Assembly (NCBI GenBank): GCA_964036045.1
Contig: OZ038378.1
Location: 23,870,001 to 23,934,000 of the forward strand
Length of the DNA stretch: 64,000 nucleotides
Reading direction: 5' to 3'
Source: Eutreptiella sp. 'Long Island Sound 2002'
Lineage: Eukaryota > Protista > Euglenida
How positions within the stretch are numbered: position 1 is the first letter of the stretch; each line of letters opens with the position of its first letter. The notes below the pieces were generated by a model. The model was not told where the DNA came from and did no database searches. It was given only the letters and a program-made list of their open reading frames with translations. Below, piece after piece: positions 37,708 to 50,955 of the stretch. A program made the translations under genes and the position numbers.

Positions 37708-38986
37708 GTATGTTCAAGGCGACCACATATTCTTGTTCGGAATGAAGCTTGCATGCGGCGTTGCATTGGGGTCAAAATACATGGACCGCTCCCCCTTTAG
37801 ACCCTCTCTGTAGAGCCATGAAGCTTCAATAGCCCATGAGAACAGGCTCTTGAACTGCGTGTTAAGTGCAGAAAAATTCGAAGAAAACAAAGTTTTTAGA
37901 TGTGTTCGTGTGTTGTTTCAACGAAGTCGTCGAAGGAGAAGGTTGAAATCCCGTCAAATACTGACTTGGTCTCCCTTGGTCTCCACCCCTGTTATCCTCG
38001 TCCCATCAATGTAACGGATATTTCTGAAATAACGACCCCCTCACAATCACGAATTTTGTGGTATTGTCGGTTTTTAGCCGGATTTTCCTTGGCACGCAAG
38101 TGTTTAACGGCCTGGAAATGCGCGTGCAACCAGCTCGGTCCCGGACGATTTCCAGCATGCCTGCGGCCATCATCCAGTCCGCACATCGCCATTCGCACCC
38201 CAGTGGGTTGTGGCGGTCTCAGGACTTCTCTGTTCTCCCCTGAGGCATTGCGTTGATGGTGTTGTGATAGTATGGCCATGGCAGGGTTCAGGAGGAAACG
38301 TACTGCGCATCGATCAAGACAAGAAGAGCAGACGACTCATGAGAGCAGGGAGCTCCAATGCGTGACCAAAGAATTTGGCCTTTTGTCCAGTGCCAAAAGC
38401 GCCAACAGAATATTGTAGTATACGGGATCGGGAAACCCCAGTGCACTTGAACTAGCTGCGAAAGGGTCGTCCTCAGCGAAAAGTAGCCTCGTTGACCAGG
38501 AGTCATTGTGGGTTGCAAACCACGGCAATGTGTTTCTAGAATCCTGAAGGGCGATTGTATCGGTCCAGTACCCTCAAAGAAACTTCATGTTGAAAAACCC
38601 AAGGTTTGACTAAAGCGTTGCACTTCTTCTTTTTGGAAAATGCAATCAAAGATTGTGCCACAGCTGGCCCAAACAAGACGAGAGCGTGTGGTTGACAACA
38701 CGGTTTGCTGGAAAGGGATGGATTGCTCGGGCTTGCATGCTGCGCAACAGTGGTGTATGGATATGGGGAGGGCCCGAGTGCAGCCATGAAGGGAACATGA
38801 AGGGAACAATGGAGGGACAGTGATTCGACGTGCTGCAGTGTAACCCTGCACCCAACAAAAACGCAAATCAGCGGAATTGCATGTTTGTGCCACCCAGGAA
38901 TTCCACCAAGGACCGCACGTATGTCATGTCGGCGTGGGTTGTCTGAAGGTTGAGGTTTGCGTCAGTTGAACCTGTTTGTTTGACAG

Positions 38987-39200
38987 CAAAACAAGACCGA
39001 AGGGTGGACCGGTGCTTGAAGTTTTATGTCAAGGACAAAGCTGGTGTCATTGGGGAAGCGAGCTTGGAGCTGACACCTACGCTGATCAAACAGTTCAACC
39101 ATGGCGGCATCACGAAGCGGTTGCCAATTCGGTCCAGCGAGATGAATGCGATGAACGCCGGAACGATTAAGTTGTATTTAGAGGGTGAAGTGGGCACGGG
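38987..39200 (+). CDS. Beta-helix/C2 protein, C2 domain exon B
   Basis: Phase-1 join FI|TKQDRRVDRCLKFYVKDKAGVIGEASLEL...GTIKLYLE; donor GG|GTATGC. Confidence 0.85.
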
Positions 39201-39613
39201 GTATGCTCATCTGTGGCTTATGTCGCATTCCAATCCTGGCTGTCAATCCTGTGACTGGGTCTAAGGTATTCCTTTGGGACCCCAGGGGTGATACACGTTC
39301 GAGCGCTTTCAGTGGATGGCTTGACAGAGAGTCACATTGTCGACCAAGAAACATGTGGTGCTTCCCAATGCTGGCGTCCGTGCGTGTGTCAGGCATATGC
39401 CCTTGCTGTTCATTGCTGGGATCGCATGGGGGCGGATGCCGACCCCTGCCCACGAGCGGTAGCATGTGCACCAACAAGCATCATGAGCCTCAAGAGAATG
39501 GGCGTCGGAGTAGGGGGAAGTTCACACATGCCCATGCCACCCAGCCCGTGAACCACATCAGAACCACCAGCCCCGCACAAGAAGCCATAGTCCATCCGTT
39601 GCCCCGGCTAGAC

Positions 39614-40738
39614 GGAATGTACCGGCTGAACCCTCGGCGGCGGTGCGGCTCGGCGGCGGTGTCGGCCGGCCGAACCACCGCCCGGCTGTTGAATGTTCGG
39701 CACTGGGTGGGGGGGGGGGGGCTGGCCACACACAAGGCGGGGCATACATAAGGCGGTGCACACACAAGGCGGTGCACACACAAGGCGGTCTGTGGCCACC
39801 GCAGGAGTCATGTTATTTAAGGGGGGCGCGGGGGCTGGCCCCTGCAGCGAGCAAAGCGAGGCGTTTGTCGAGCGCAGCGAGCCGCAGCAAAGGGTTCGGC
39901 TGTGCACACACAAGATGGTGCACCCACAAGGCGGTCTATGGCCACCGCAGGAGTCATGTTATTTAAGGGGCCACAGGCAAGGCGGTACACACAGAAGGCG
40001 GTGCACACACAAGGCGGGACACACAAAAGGCGGTCTGTGGCCACCGCAGGAGTCATATTATTTAAGGGCCCATAGGCAAGGCGGTACACACATAATGCGG
40101 TGCACACACAAGGCGGTGCACACACAAGGCGGTCTGTGGCCACCATAGGAGTCATGTTATTTAAGGGGCCATAGGCAAGGCGGTACACACATAAGGCGGT
40201 ACACCCACAAGGTGGTGCATACACAAGGCGGTCTGTGGCCACCGTAGGAGTCTTGTTATTTAAGGGGGGCGCGGGGGCTAGCCCCCGCGTCGAGCAAAGC
40301 GAGGCATATGTCGAGCGCAGCGAGCCGCAGCAAAAGGTTCGGCTGTGTGCACACAAGGCGGTGCATACATAAGTTGGTGCACACACAAGACGGTGCACCC
40401 ACAAGGCAGTCTGTGGCCACCGCACGAGTCATGTTATTTAAGGGGCCACAGGCAAGGCGGTACACACATAACGCGGTACACCCACAAGGCACTGCACACT
40501 GTGGGCAACTTGGTGCATATTGTCCACGTACGTGGGTTTTGCTTTTTCAAGAGGCACATGGGGTGGGGGGTGTATCGGAACGAGCCGGTAGTTCGGCCGG
40601 CCGGAATACCGCCCGGCGGTGTGGGCCGGATTTTCGGCCGAAATCCTCGGCGGCGGTCTCGGCCGGCCGACACCGCCATTGGCTCCTTCACTTTCGGCCG
40701 AGCCGAAGCGCCACCGAGCCTCACTGCCGTTCCATTCC
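39614..40738. mobile_element. Intronic TIR element with GC-rich palindromic ends and an internal tandem array
   Basis: CGGAATG..CTCGGCGGCGGTGCGGCTCGGC and GCCGAGCCGAAGCGCCACCGAG..CATTCCG are imperfect inverted ends; about 7 copies of CAAGGCGGTCTGTGGCCACCGCAGGAGTCATGTTATTTAAGGGG inside. Confidence 0.7.
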
Positions 40739-41279
40739 GATGAGCTCGTTGCCCCACCATTTGCACAATGTTTGGAAATCCCCAAGTAGCCTTGGGGCCC
40801 TAGGACCGCATTGGGGAAGGGGGCATAAAGGCTGAAAGAGTATGCCGTTTGGTACTTCCGGGTTGACATACGTGTTCGCCTTTTGAGGAGGGAATCTTCC
40901 GCTCGTGGATGAGTAGGTTGGTCGCTCACCTGTTGGGTTGGGGGTGAAGAGGGCGGGTGGGCAGCCTTTTTTGTTGGGCTACTGAACACCCAGGGCAAAA
41001 TTATTTTGGCTGCGTAAGAGTGGGACAATTGTCCCACTCCTGACAAGTACTGCTGATGCCCCTCTCCCACGCCGGTGCCGGCATGCTCCACACAAAGTCT
41101 TTCCCAAGACATTGAAGTTTGGAGGGTGCTCACCACATCTGATGTGGGAAATGTAAGCCAGGGCCAGGGGTTCACCAAGTGTTACCCGTCGGTGGTGCGC
41201 AGCATGTTCAGGCATTTTGCCGGGGGGGGAGTGTGTATCTACCATTGTACTGAGGCCTCGTTACATGCCCTATTTCCAG

Positions 41280-41440
41280 AAGCATTGCCAAAAATCATTC
41301 TGCCGCGAGCTTCAAGCGCGGGCCCCAAGGCGATGCTTCAGTCCGATTCATTGGCAACCTGTTCCAGAAGGCTGCACTGAGGATTACTCGCGGGGCCCAT
41401 GCTCTTGTGGAGGAGAACACGTTCACTTCCTGCTCCCCAG
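41280..41440 (+). CDS. Beta-helix/C2 protein, exon starting the second beta-helix region
   Basis: Acceptor TATTTCCAG; phase-2 join TG|SIAKNH...SVRFIGNLFQKAALRITRGAHALVEENTFTSCSP; phase-1 donor G|GTTGTG. This frame is not listed in the ORF track because it has no start codon. Confidence 0.8.
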
Positions 41441-42586
41441 GTTGTGTGCAGACGGTGCATTCGTGTTGGTGGTGGTGGTGGTGGTGGTTTTCGTGTGCCC
41501 GGCGCATGCCACCCCGGAAATGATGCCCACTTATACCACAGAATAGATACCCTTCATGTCCATTTTATCTTGGCGAGGGGAAGATGATCGGTGGACAATC
41601 AGCACGACAGTCCATAGTGGCATGCCTCCCCTTGAAACCACACTTGAGGCACCAGAGAGAAGAGAGGGAAAAGCAGCATGGTCGTTTGCCAAGGCATCCA
41701 TTGATAATTGCTTCATAAAACTTCACTGTTTTGTTTTGCATTTAAACAAGCGACCTAAAAACCCCATTCCCGTCCCCCAAACAAGTGCTCCTGAGCAATA
41801 CAAATTGGGTCCCCAAGAAGTCCAATCCATCTGCGGGGTAATCCCGCAAAGAACATCCAACAGGTAGATGGTAAAGTGGTGGTGAACATCCCACAGACGT
41901 GCTTCATGCGTTGGGAATTGCCAACAAGCACGCTCGACTCGCTGGGGAATTCCCAACAGGTACCAAAACCCCCAATGGGTAAGAGCACAGTAACATCCTT
42001 TGTTTCCATATTAGTGAAGCCCAGGAGTTCCTGCGTTTGGTACCCCCCCTGCCTTGCCCTCAGCTGTCAGCGCATTCTCCTAAAGTATGTGACAGCCACC
42101 CGGGCCCGAGAGCAGGTTCCCATGCGTTGGGGAATCGACTGAACTACCCCCACCCCCAACTCCTTGGCATCGGCATTCTGTGCGCGGTTGGTGCCTAAAG
42201 CGACAGTGCACCCTTGCGGCCCATATGTCCTCTTCCTGCCGCTGCCGCTACCGCTAGTTTGCCGCTGTCCCTGGTGGTACAGGGGGGGGGGGGTATTTCG
42301 CGGGGGGAATATTTCGTTGTGGGAAATCACCTCGAAGAGAGGTTGTTAGATCAAGCGCAGGCGCGGGCGTCTCATACCCCCCCTTTTTTGGGGTCATTCG
42401 CGTAGCATACCCCAAGGCATGATATTTGATGTCCAACCCCTTGTAAAATCATTATATTTTGCCCAATAAGACCATCCCCCAATGGATTTTTTGATTCTGC
42501 GGCCTCTATCCCCTAAAACTGGATATCACTTTTTTGAGGGGGGGGGCTGGGGGGGGGGGGTCAAAAGTTTTCGCTCAGAAGGCTCC

Positions 42587-42786
42587 AAGCAGTGGGGTGG
42601 CGCATAGCTGTCACATCACACGCTGGTCGAATGGTAACACAGCCGACTGCAAAGTTTTAGGTCGGTGGTTGGAATCCTGGTCAGTCAACTGTCGTCGGCG
42701 GCACCGCCGCCATATTCGCCCGACCGGGGTTCGAACCGCCGACCAAAAAGTCTGCGGTCAGCGGCATTACCATTGGGCCACTGCTT
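42587..42786. ncRNA. Two degenerate tRNA-like (Cys/Tyr-type) sequences tail-to-tail, forming a 200-bp foldback
   Basis: Plus copy 42622-42688: TGGTCGAATGG..GACTGCAAA..GGTTGGAATCC. Minus copy 42786-42715: TGGCCCAATGG..GACCGCAGA..GGTTCGAACCC. Both show A and B boxes; acceptor stems are poor. Confidence 0.65.
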
Positions 42787-43599
42787 GCCGTCAACCAAAT
42801 GTTGTCCCCACTGCTTGGGGCCGCGTCTGCCACTGACAAAAAACCCAAACTGTGTGTTCCTGTCTGTCTGACTGACTGACTGCTGGCATGGCTAACTGAC
42901 TGATTGGCTGAATGTCAGCCTCTCTTCGAGGGGCGCTGCTGAAGGCAATAGAATCACCTCGCAGAGGTTGTTAGATCAAAGCCAGGCAGGCGTATTTAGG
43001 GGGAAATGCCACATACCCCCCCTTTTGGGCCTTTTTGGGCCTATTCGAGTACCCTACCCCAAGGAATTGAAGTGTTAGTTTAACCCTTTGTAAAACTCAT
43101 TATTTTGTCCAATAAACGCATCCCCCAATGAGTTTTTGGTCCGGACCCCCCCCCCCCTAGACCGCCCCCCCCACTGGAAACACACTTTTTTGAGGTTTTG
43201 AGGGAGGGGGGGGGGGTCCAAAAGTGACCCCCCATTTTTTTGGGTCGAAAATCAGGAATTTTTTGGTTTTTTTCAATTCTGAGCCGAAAAATTTTTGCCG
43301 GGTCCCGACTCCATGGGGTTTGTATGGGGCGGAATGGGACGAGCGCTTTTGCAGTTTATGCACTTTTCAGCCATTTTTGCAATGTTGGCGGTTTTGGCCA
43401 CCTCGGTGACCCCGTGGTACCCACTCTGAGGGGTGTGAGTGGGGATGTTGTGACAGCATATGCCTACTAGGATACGAAAGGACGTTTTTTTGCGGTCCGT
43501 AGCCTTGCTGAGGGCCGGTCAAAACCCGTGCCAAAAATGCGAAATGACTGTTTCCACCAATAATGGCGTACATGAGTGAATGGGCCAGCCCACAACATG

Positions 43600-44300
43600 C
43601 CGATGCTGTTTTTCACTTTGGGCACCTCAAAAATCGAAGTTTCCGAAACTTATTTTTTTGATATTGTAATCACCTAAAATGACCATCCACGGTATGTAAA
43701 GCATGTTTTAGCCCATATTTACATGTTTTTCACCTTATTTGGGTAGTGGGGGTCGGGGGGGGGGGGGGGGCTCCCAAGGGATAAGTACACAACCTGCTTA
43801 TGCTGTTTTTCACCCTGGGCAGCTCAAAAATCGAAGTTTCCGAATTTTATTTTTTTGATACCATGATCACCTACAATAACCATCCAAGGTATGTAAAGCA
43901 TGTTTTCGCCCGTATTTACGTGTTTGCACCTTATTTGGGTATTGGGCGCGGGATGGGGGGGGTTCTCCCAAGGGATGGGTACACAACCTGCTTATGCATT
44001 TTTTCACCTTGGACAGCTGAAAAATCGAAGTTTTCGAAACTTATTTTTCTGATACCGTGATCACTTAAAATGACCATCCAAGACATGTAAAGCATGTTTT
44101 AGGCCGTATTAATGTGTTTATCACCCCATTTGCGTATTGGGTGCGGGGGGTGGGGTTAGACAGGAGTGGTACACAACCTGCTTACGCAATTTTTCAGCCT
44201 ATATAGCTCAAAAATCGAAGTTTCCGAAAACTATTTTTATGATGCTTTGATCACCTATAATGGCTATCCAAGATACTTAAAGCATGTTTCAGCCCGTATT
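43600..44300. repeat. Tandem repeat, ~190-197-bp unit, about 3.6 copies
   Basis: Units begin near 43606, 43803, 43996 and 44186, each containing CTCAAAAATCGAAGTTTCCGAA. Confidence 0.9.
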
Positions 44301-46122
44301 TACGCATGTCGCACAATTGCACAGCACGGAATTGTTTTTTTATAGGAGTTTTTACATGCAATGCCTGGCATGTTGTTTCTGAAATCCTTCGGCCAATCGG
44401 GCGTATTGCTGGGAACACCGCGGCCGAGTGATCCGGCCGATCTCCCGTCAGCCTGGAAGCGCTCCCGATGATTGCCTCCGTTTTGGCAAGCAGTGCCTCC
44501 GAACACCGCTTCCGGTGTTCAGAAGCACTGCTTCCAATGGCTGGTTGCCGTCATACCCGGCACTGCTTCCAGAAGGCATGGACCAACCAGGACGTCTGCA
44601 TCCCAAAACCCTGCCCTAATCCCACGGGATTTGACAAAAAATTGTGAACCGACTCATGACACTGCCACCCAGATCAATGCCTGCGAAATAGGTGAATTAG
44701 TACTTGGAGGACACCATGACCACTGAAAATGAAGGTACTTTGTTCCGAACGGCATGCCCATTTTTTAGAAAGCAATTGCGTCACCACTCATGCTCATGCA
44801 TGAGGGTTTCTATCTCCTGCTTGGGCCCATATTGAAACAGTGAAAACATGACTCCCCCCCCCCCCCAACCCCCAAAGGTGGTGACGCACGAGGTACTGCC
44901 ACTTCTTGCATGGCAGCTTTTTTTTGTTTTTTGGCAGGCCACCGCACCCACCCCCACCCTTTCCCCTGAAATTGGAATCCGTGGAGTCCCGGCGCCACGA
45001 CTAACCCCTGGGATGCCAGTGGGGATAAGCAATGCACGGATTCAGGTGGCCTGTCCGGGGCATGGTCGGCAGTCGCTTTTCGTAGACAAAAACGAACCAT
45101 CTGATCTAATTTTTGGGGGATCCAATGTCTTGCTTTGTGTGTGTTTGTTTGCGGACAGTGCATCATTAGTGCCACACGTCGCCGCTCATATGAAGTGTTG
45201 GCAGATCACGTCTGAGAACCTTGTGCACCAATGGTCAACTTGATTTGTGCACCCTGTTGGCAGGTTTTCTTGGGGTCGTGGTAGGTGGTTTGCGAGCCCA
45301 CTGTGTTTTTTTTAGTTCACATGCAGTCCCATGGCTTCCCCTTTTGATCCGGAGCAGTACCTCCCTTTTGTTGATGCGGAATGGTCCGATGTGCCAGAAA
45401 TCTTACAACACGGAGATTCTCAGGAGGACCCATGGGACTTGGATGCCGAGAAACCCTTGGCAGAGCTCGCTGAGCGGGAGTCTTGCACACCACCATCCCA
45501 ACCACTGCTCTCTGAAGCCGCTCTTTTACCCATGTTCACCCCCCCCCCCTCCTCGCCATGGCTTCATCCCCCGGCTTCACCCCCCTATGCACACCACACA
45601 TCCCGTATCAGCCCACTGTAACAGCCCCCCACGACATACCCGACCCCTTGTGGTAGTACCCCCCCCCCGACCCCTCCCCGCCACTGTGCGCAAGATTCCA
45701 TCTCCCCGCGGACCGAACACCTCCTCAACACTGTTAAACCATCTACAATGCGCGACCTTGTGGATATGGGGCTCATGCGCTACAGACCGGCGGCGCAGCG
45801 CCGGGGGCTCACTCTAGCTGTACCTCCGAGGGGAGCGTGTCACCCGGAGCCATTTTATTGACCCAAGCCTTGAAAGGGCATTGGCTATTGCCTCTACCAT
45901 AGACCCCAACTGCCCTCCAGCCCGTGCACCCCTCAGAGGAAAACTAGTAAGACCCAATTTAGCAGTACAATTCGAGGCGACGACTAGCCAATCCACGCTG
46001 GGGGCACTTCTTGAACATCACCGTACCTTGCTCCTCCCCATGCGGTCCACAACCAGTTCCCGCACGGAAAGACACGCAAAGCCTGCCCTTGCCGCGGCGA
46101 GGCGGCACGTGTCACAGAAGGC

Positions 46123-47490
46123 GGATGGTCTACACTTGGCATGGTGAGCCCCACACCCTCCAAAAAACACTACCGTGGTCCAATCCACACATGTTCGCAG
46201 TGCTTGGCATGGTTTTTTGTTTTCAAATCATTATTGACGGAGGGTCTACGCTCGGCCTGGTGAGCCCCACACCCTCCAAAAAACACTACCGTGGCCCAAT
46301 CCACACATGTTCGCAGTGCTTGGCATGGTTTTTGGACCTCAAATCATTATTGAAGGATGGTCTACACTGGGCCTGGTGAGCCCCACACCCTCCAAAAAGC
46401 ACTCCCGTGGCGCAGTCCACACATGTTTGCAATGCTTGGCCTTGTTTGTTGTCCTCAAATCATTATTGACGGATGGTCTACACTCGGCGTGGTGAGCCCC
46501 ACACCCTCCAAAAAACACTACCGTGGTCCAATCCACGCATGTTCGCAGTGCTTGGCATGGTATTTTGTTTTCAAATCATTATTGACGGATGGTCTACACT
46601 CGGCCTGGTGAGCCCCACACCCTCCAAAAAACACTCCCGTGGCCCATCCACACATGTTTGCAGTGCTTGGCATGGTTTTTTGTTTTCAAATCATTATTTA
46701 CGGATGGTTTGCACTTGGCCTGGTGAGCCCCACACCCTCCAAAAAACACTACCGTGGCCCAATCCACACATGTTTGTAGTGCTTGGCATGGATTTTTGTT
46801 TTCAAATCATTATTGACGGATGGTCTACACTCGGATTGGTGAGCCGCACACCCTCCAAAAAGCACCCCCGTGGCCCAATCCACACATGTTTGCAGTGCTT
46901 GGCATGGTTTTTTGTCCTCAAATGATTATTGATGGATGGTCTACACTCGGCTTGGTGATCCCCACACCCTACAAAAAACACTACCGTGGCCCAATCCACA
47001 CAGGTTCACAATGCTTGGCATGGATTTTTGTTTTCGAATCATTATTGACGGAGGGCCTACGCTCGGCGTGGTGCGCCCCACACCCTCCAAACAACACTAC
47101 GGTGGCGCAGCCCACACATGTTCGCAGTGCTTGGCATGTTTTTTTTGTTTTCAAATCATTATTGACGGATGGTCTACAGTTGGCCTGGTGAGCCCCACAA
47201 CCTCCAAAAAACACTACCGTGGCGCAGTCCACACATGTTTGCACTGCTTGGCATGGTTTTTTGTCCTCAAATCATTATTGACGGATGGTCTACACTCGGC
47301 CTGGTGAGCCCCACACCCTCCAAAAAACACTACCGTGGCGCAGTCCACACATGTTTGCACTGCTTGGCATGGTTTTTTGACCTCAAATCATTATTGACGG
47401 ATGGTCTACACTCGCCTTGGTGAGGGCCGCCTTGGTGAGCGCCACACCCTCAACAAAACAGTACGTTGGCCCACTCTGCACTGCTTGGCA
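46123..47490 (+). repeat. 116-117-bp tandem array, about 12 copies (left arm)
   Basis: Units at 46123, ~46239, ~46355, ~46471 and ~46587. Confidence 0.95.
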
Positions 47491-47983
47491 TGGTCTTTTC
47501 TACCTTGGTGGTCCCCACACGCACGCCCAGTGAACACATAGTTGCAGTCGGTCAATCATAGTACACAGTTGGAAGCCGGGGAAAAAATGATAATTCGGTT
47601 TGCCAAAATTCAAGACTCGGCACATATTCATACCACGCTAGGCACCTGAGCGCTACAGAGAGCACTGAAAAAAATAAAAGTCGACATATATCAACATGCG
47701 GTGCTCAAAGCACGGCAAAGCGCTCCACGAGCACTGAAAACCGTCAATCAGGCAAAAGAAGAGGACTGCTTGTGTAGCATGGGCTGACCTCTTCTGGACT
47801 CAACAAAAAGGAGGACTGCTTGGTCCGGTGCAAAAAGGCAAAAAAAAAAGCATCATCCACCGTCCAGATATTTCAATATAGGGTGCTGCAACCACCGCAA
47901 AGTACTCCAGTAGCACTGAGAACATGCAGAAACAGGGGACCGCTTGGTCTGTTGCAAACAGGCAGAGAAAAAAATCCTCCATC

Positions 47984-49590
47984 TCAGTCCCAGGGGTCAA
48001 TGGGTGCATCTCGGTCGTGGCGCGCCTCTCTCTCCCTCTCCTCAATCTCCTCTTCTTGCATTTCTTCCTCCTCTTCTTCCTCCATCTCTTCCATCTCTTC
48101 CTCCATCTCTCCCGACTCTTCCACCTCCACTGCGGCGGGTACTGCTTGGGTCGCCTTAGGCTCCTCCGGCTCCCTCTCCTTCTTGGCTGTCTCGCCTTCT
48201 TCCGCCCCCCGCCTCAAGGTTCCAGGCCCGTGGAAGTCCGTGTCAGCCGGGCCCACTACGAGGAGAATTTCGGCACCTTCCCGAAGCCACGACTGCGGTT
48301 TCCGCCCACGACACAAGAGGTAGTCCAAGCACTGGACAAGCTCAATAACCCGAACTGGCGTGTTGCCTTCTTCCACCCATCCTTGGGCTTTGGGCCCCCA
48401 CACCTCGTATGGCTCACCGTCGTACAACCCTGCGGACATCAGTGCTCGGAACAAAACCGGTGCACATTTTGCCATTGACAATCCAAAAGAAGGCTCCTTG
48501 GCACCAACCATGATCTCGGCGTAAACTTTGTCATATGTTGGTCCGGGGAATCGTTTCTGCGCGGCAAGCACGGGGTTCTTCTCCATCCAGTTGGCGGTTG
48601 CTGAGATCATGTGCTTGCACTTCCGGTTGGTGATGGCAAAACCAGCCGAGCCCTTCTTTTGCACCATCTTTGCCCAGTCCTTGGGTCTGGTCCCAATGGC
48701 AGTGACAATGGCTGCAATCGCCGTCTGCATGCAAACCCACCACTGTGTCTTTGTCCGGTCTGTGACTCTCACCACCTCCCATCCTTCTTCCGACGCCAAT
48801 ACCTCTTCCTACGTTCTTGAGGTCAGGGAATCCCAGATGTCGACGATGCAAACGTCCGCATCCACTTCCGGTTCGCTCCGCCTGCCCTGCTTCTTGGGAT
48901 AGTTCTTCACCGGGGGCTTCTCACTCGCCCTTCTTGTCACAAGCACGGCAAGCCGTGCCACACGCCCTTGCCGGTTGCACCCCACGATCCAGCCCTCTTG
49001 GGCAATTTGCTCACCAGCTCCTTGCGCTTTTGCTTCTTCGTCAGGGGCTTGGGCTTCCGCTTCTTGTGTTCCAGTTTCACCCGAATCTTTTCATACTCCG
49101 CAAGACTCTTCTACACCTCCCTGTACTGGTTCCACATCGCATCCACGGGAGCTCTAGCCTTGTTTTCGGCTTCTGGAGCCACCCCCATAGGTTGCAACCA
49201 CCTTGTCTTTGGCTTTTCGGATCTTGTCGGTCAACTCTTCGCTTTCTTCTCTTGCCTGCATCACCGCACCGTGTGCCACCGGGTACAACGCCTTGCGCAC
49301 AGGCTCCCAAGTATCCGCCGTTCGGGGCAGCCAGTTGTTGCTTATGATGGAGGACAGCCCCGGCCGGCATATTTTTCCCAATGTTTGTTAACACCTGCGA
49401 GATGTTTAGCGGGTGGTGGCTGGCAGGTATGTTGATGCTCAGCGGAGACCGGAGTACACCCGGCCTTGTCTCCCATGAGAACTGGCGCAGGGCCCTTATA
49501 CTGCCACCCCCGTTCCGCCCCAATTCTCTTTGCGTCGTTGGATGCGCCTGCGGCTCCCGGCTTGGCCTCAGGTTTGGCGGCGGTGGACAT
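47984..49590 (-). pseudogene. Unknown protein inside the foldback element (Lys-rich coiled N-terminal half, globular middle, Glu-rich tail), disrupted
   Basis: Probable start MSTAAKPEAKPG at 49590; pieces in three frames lead into the 271-aa ORF 48799-47984, with an in-frame TAG just upstream of it. Confidence 0.5.
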
Positions 49591-49922
49591 GGCGAAAGAA
49601 GCACCCTATTGGCAAAACATGCTGCAATCTTTATACAGCTACACTGCTGGACGGCCGGACTGCTTCACTGCTCTGGACACCAACACCAATTATCTCAAGG
49701 CCTGTGATGGGCACAAAGCCACGAACCGGCCATCGTTGCGAATAAGGGTATTATTATAGAGTGCACAGCGCAAAAAAAGGGGCGTGCGCATTGCGCAGGT
49801 AGCAGCAAAAATGAAAACGAAAACGAAAACGGCATTATAGTATTATATTCAATCCCTTGTCGTGGGTTGGCCTTGGCGTGTCGACAATCTGACAACAAAA
49901 ATGAAGAAGCCGTTATGACCCC

Positions 49923-50955
49923 TTACCCCAAAGAGAAAGAACAGACCGTTGTTTTTTTTTTTTTGAACCGGAGCTGCTGCCGGTGCAGATCGCAGTTGCA
50001 GCTTAAACGCCACCCCCCACGGAAACCTGCATGCCTCGCGCTGACATCAAAAACCGACATCAAAAAGTGCCCTTTGGGGACGTCAATCAAGCGGACGTAT
50101 TCACCGGCGGCAACCTCATGTGTGCAAATCATATGGGAGTCTCCCACATTCTGGCAGTCCCCCTGCTGTGGGGCCTGTTGTGTGGGTTGGGCCTGTCCCT
50201 CTCCCTCGGGTTGGGCCTCTCCCTCTCCCTCATTCCCATCCACCCCATCCACATCGGGCATCTGCAAACATACAATCTTAGCGCGAGTCGCTGACAACAC
50301 ACTGGCAGCAGGTTGCTGGCAGAATGCGTCATTCATCAACACCCGATGTTCTCGGAAGTTTGTCGTCATGTACGAAAGTGGTGGAAACGCTGGCCGGTTG
50401 CCCGGACCCACCTTTTTTGGAGGTCGGAAATAGGGGCTGCTCTTGAACCATTCAGTGACCATCTCAGTGTCGTAGTTCAGAGTGGGCAGGATGGCCTTGT
50501 TTTGGTTGGAGTATCGCATCACGAAAGGCCAGCCACCGTAAACAGCCCGGTCTTCGTCCGTAACTGCACCCGCGCGTTCCTCGAGAGGTATGCGGTCTGC
50601 GACTGGAAACGGAAATGGCGAGGTTGCGGTATGCTGTCCCCCCGACTGTTTCATGTTTCGAGGGCGTGTAGTCGCCGATGCATGCCATGGTCGCTTTATT
50701 TTTTATGCTGAATCTTTTGCAAAGAAGGGTATAGAAGAGTTTGTTGCGTGGATTCAATTGCAGTTCCGCGGGGAACACGTGCTCCAGGCCGGTTTTGAAC
50801 TCGTTTGGTTGGATGTAACTTTGCTCACGATGTGCAACGCAGTGCTGCGCGAGTATCTGCTGCAACCGGGACTGAATGACGGCACTGCTGGGAGCCTCCA
50901 CATTAACAGAGTCAGCATTGACCACAGAGCACACAATGACGTTTTCCTCACTCAT
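49923..50955 (-). pseudogene. Second unknown protein inside the foldback element
   Basis: MSEENVIVCSVV...EFKTGLEHVFP... continues by a frame change into the 243-aa ORF 50654-49923; composition is protein-like. Confidence 0.45.

Noticed and set aside
42622-42786. Functional tRNA-Cys genes
   Set aside because: Acceptor and anticodon stems pair poorly, so they are treated as tRNA-derived repeats
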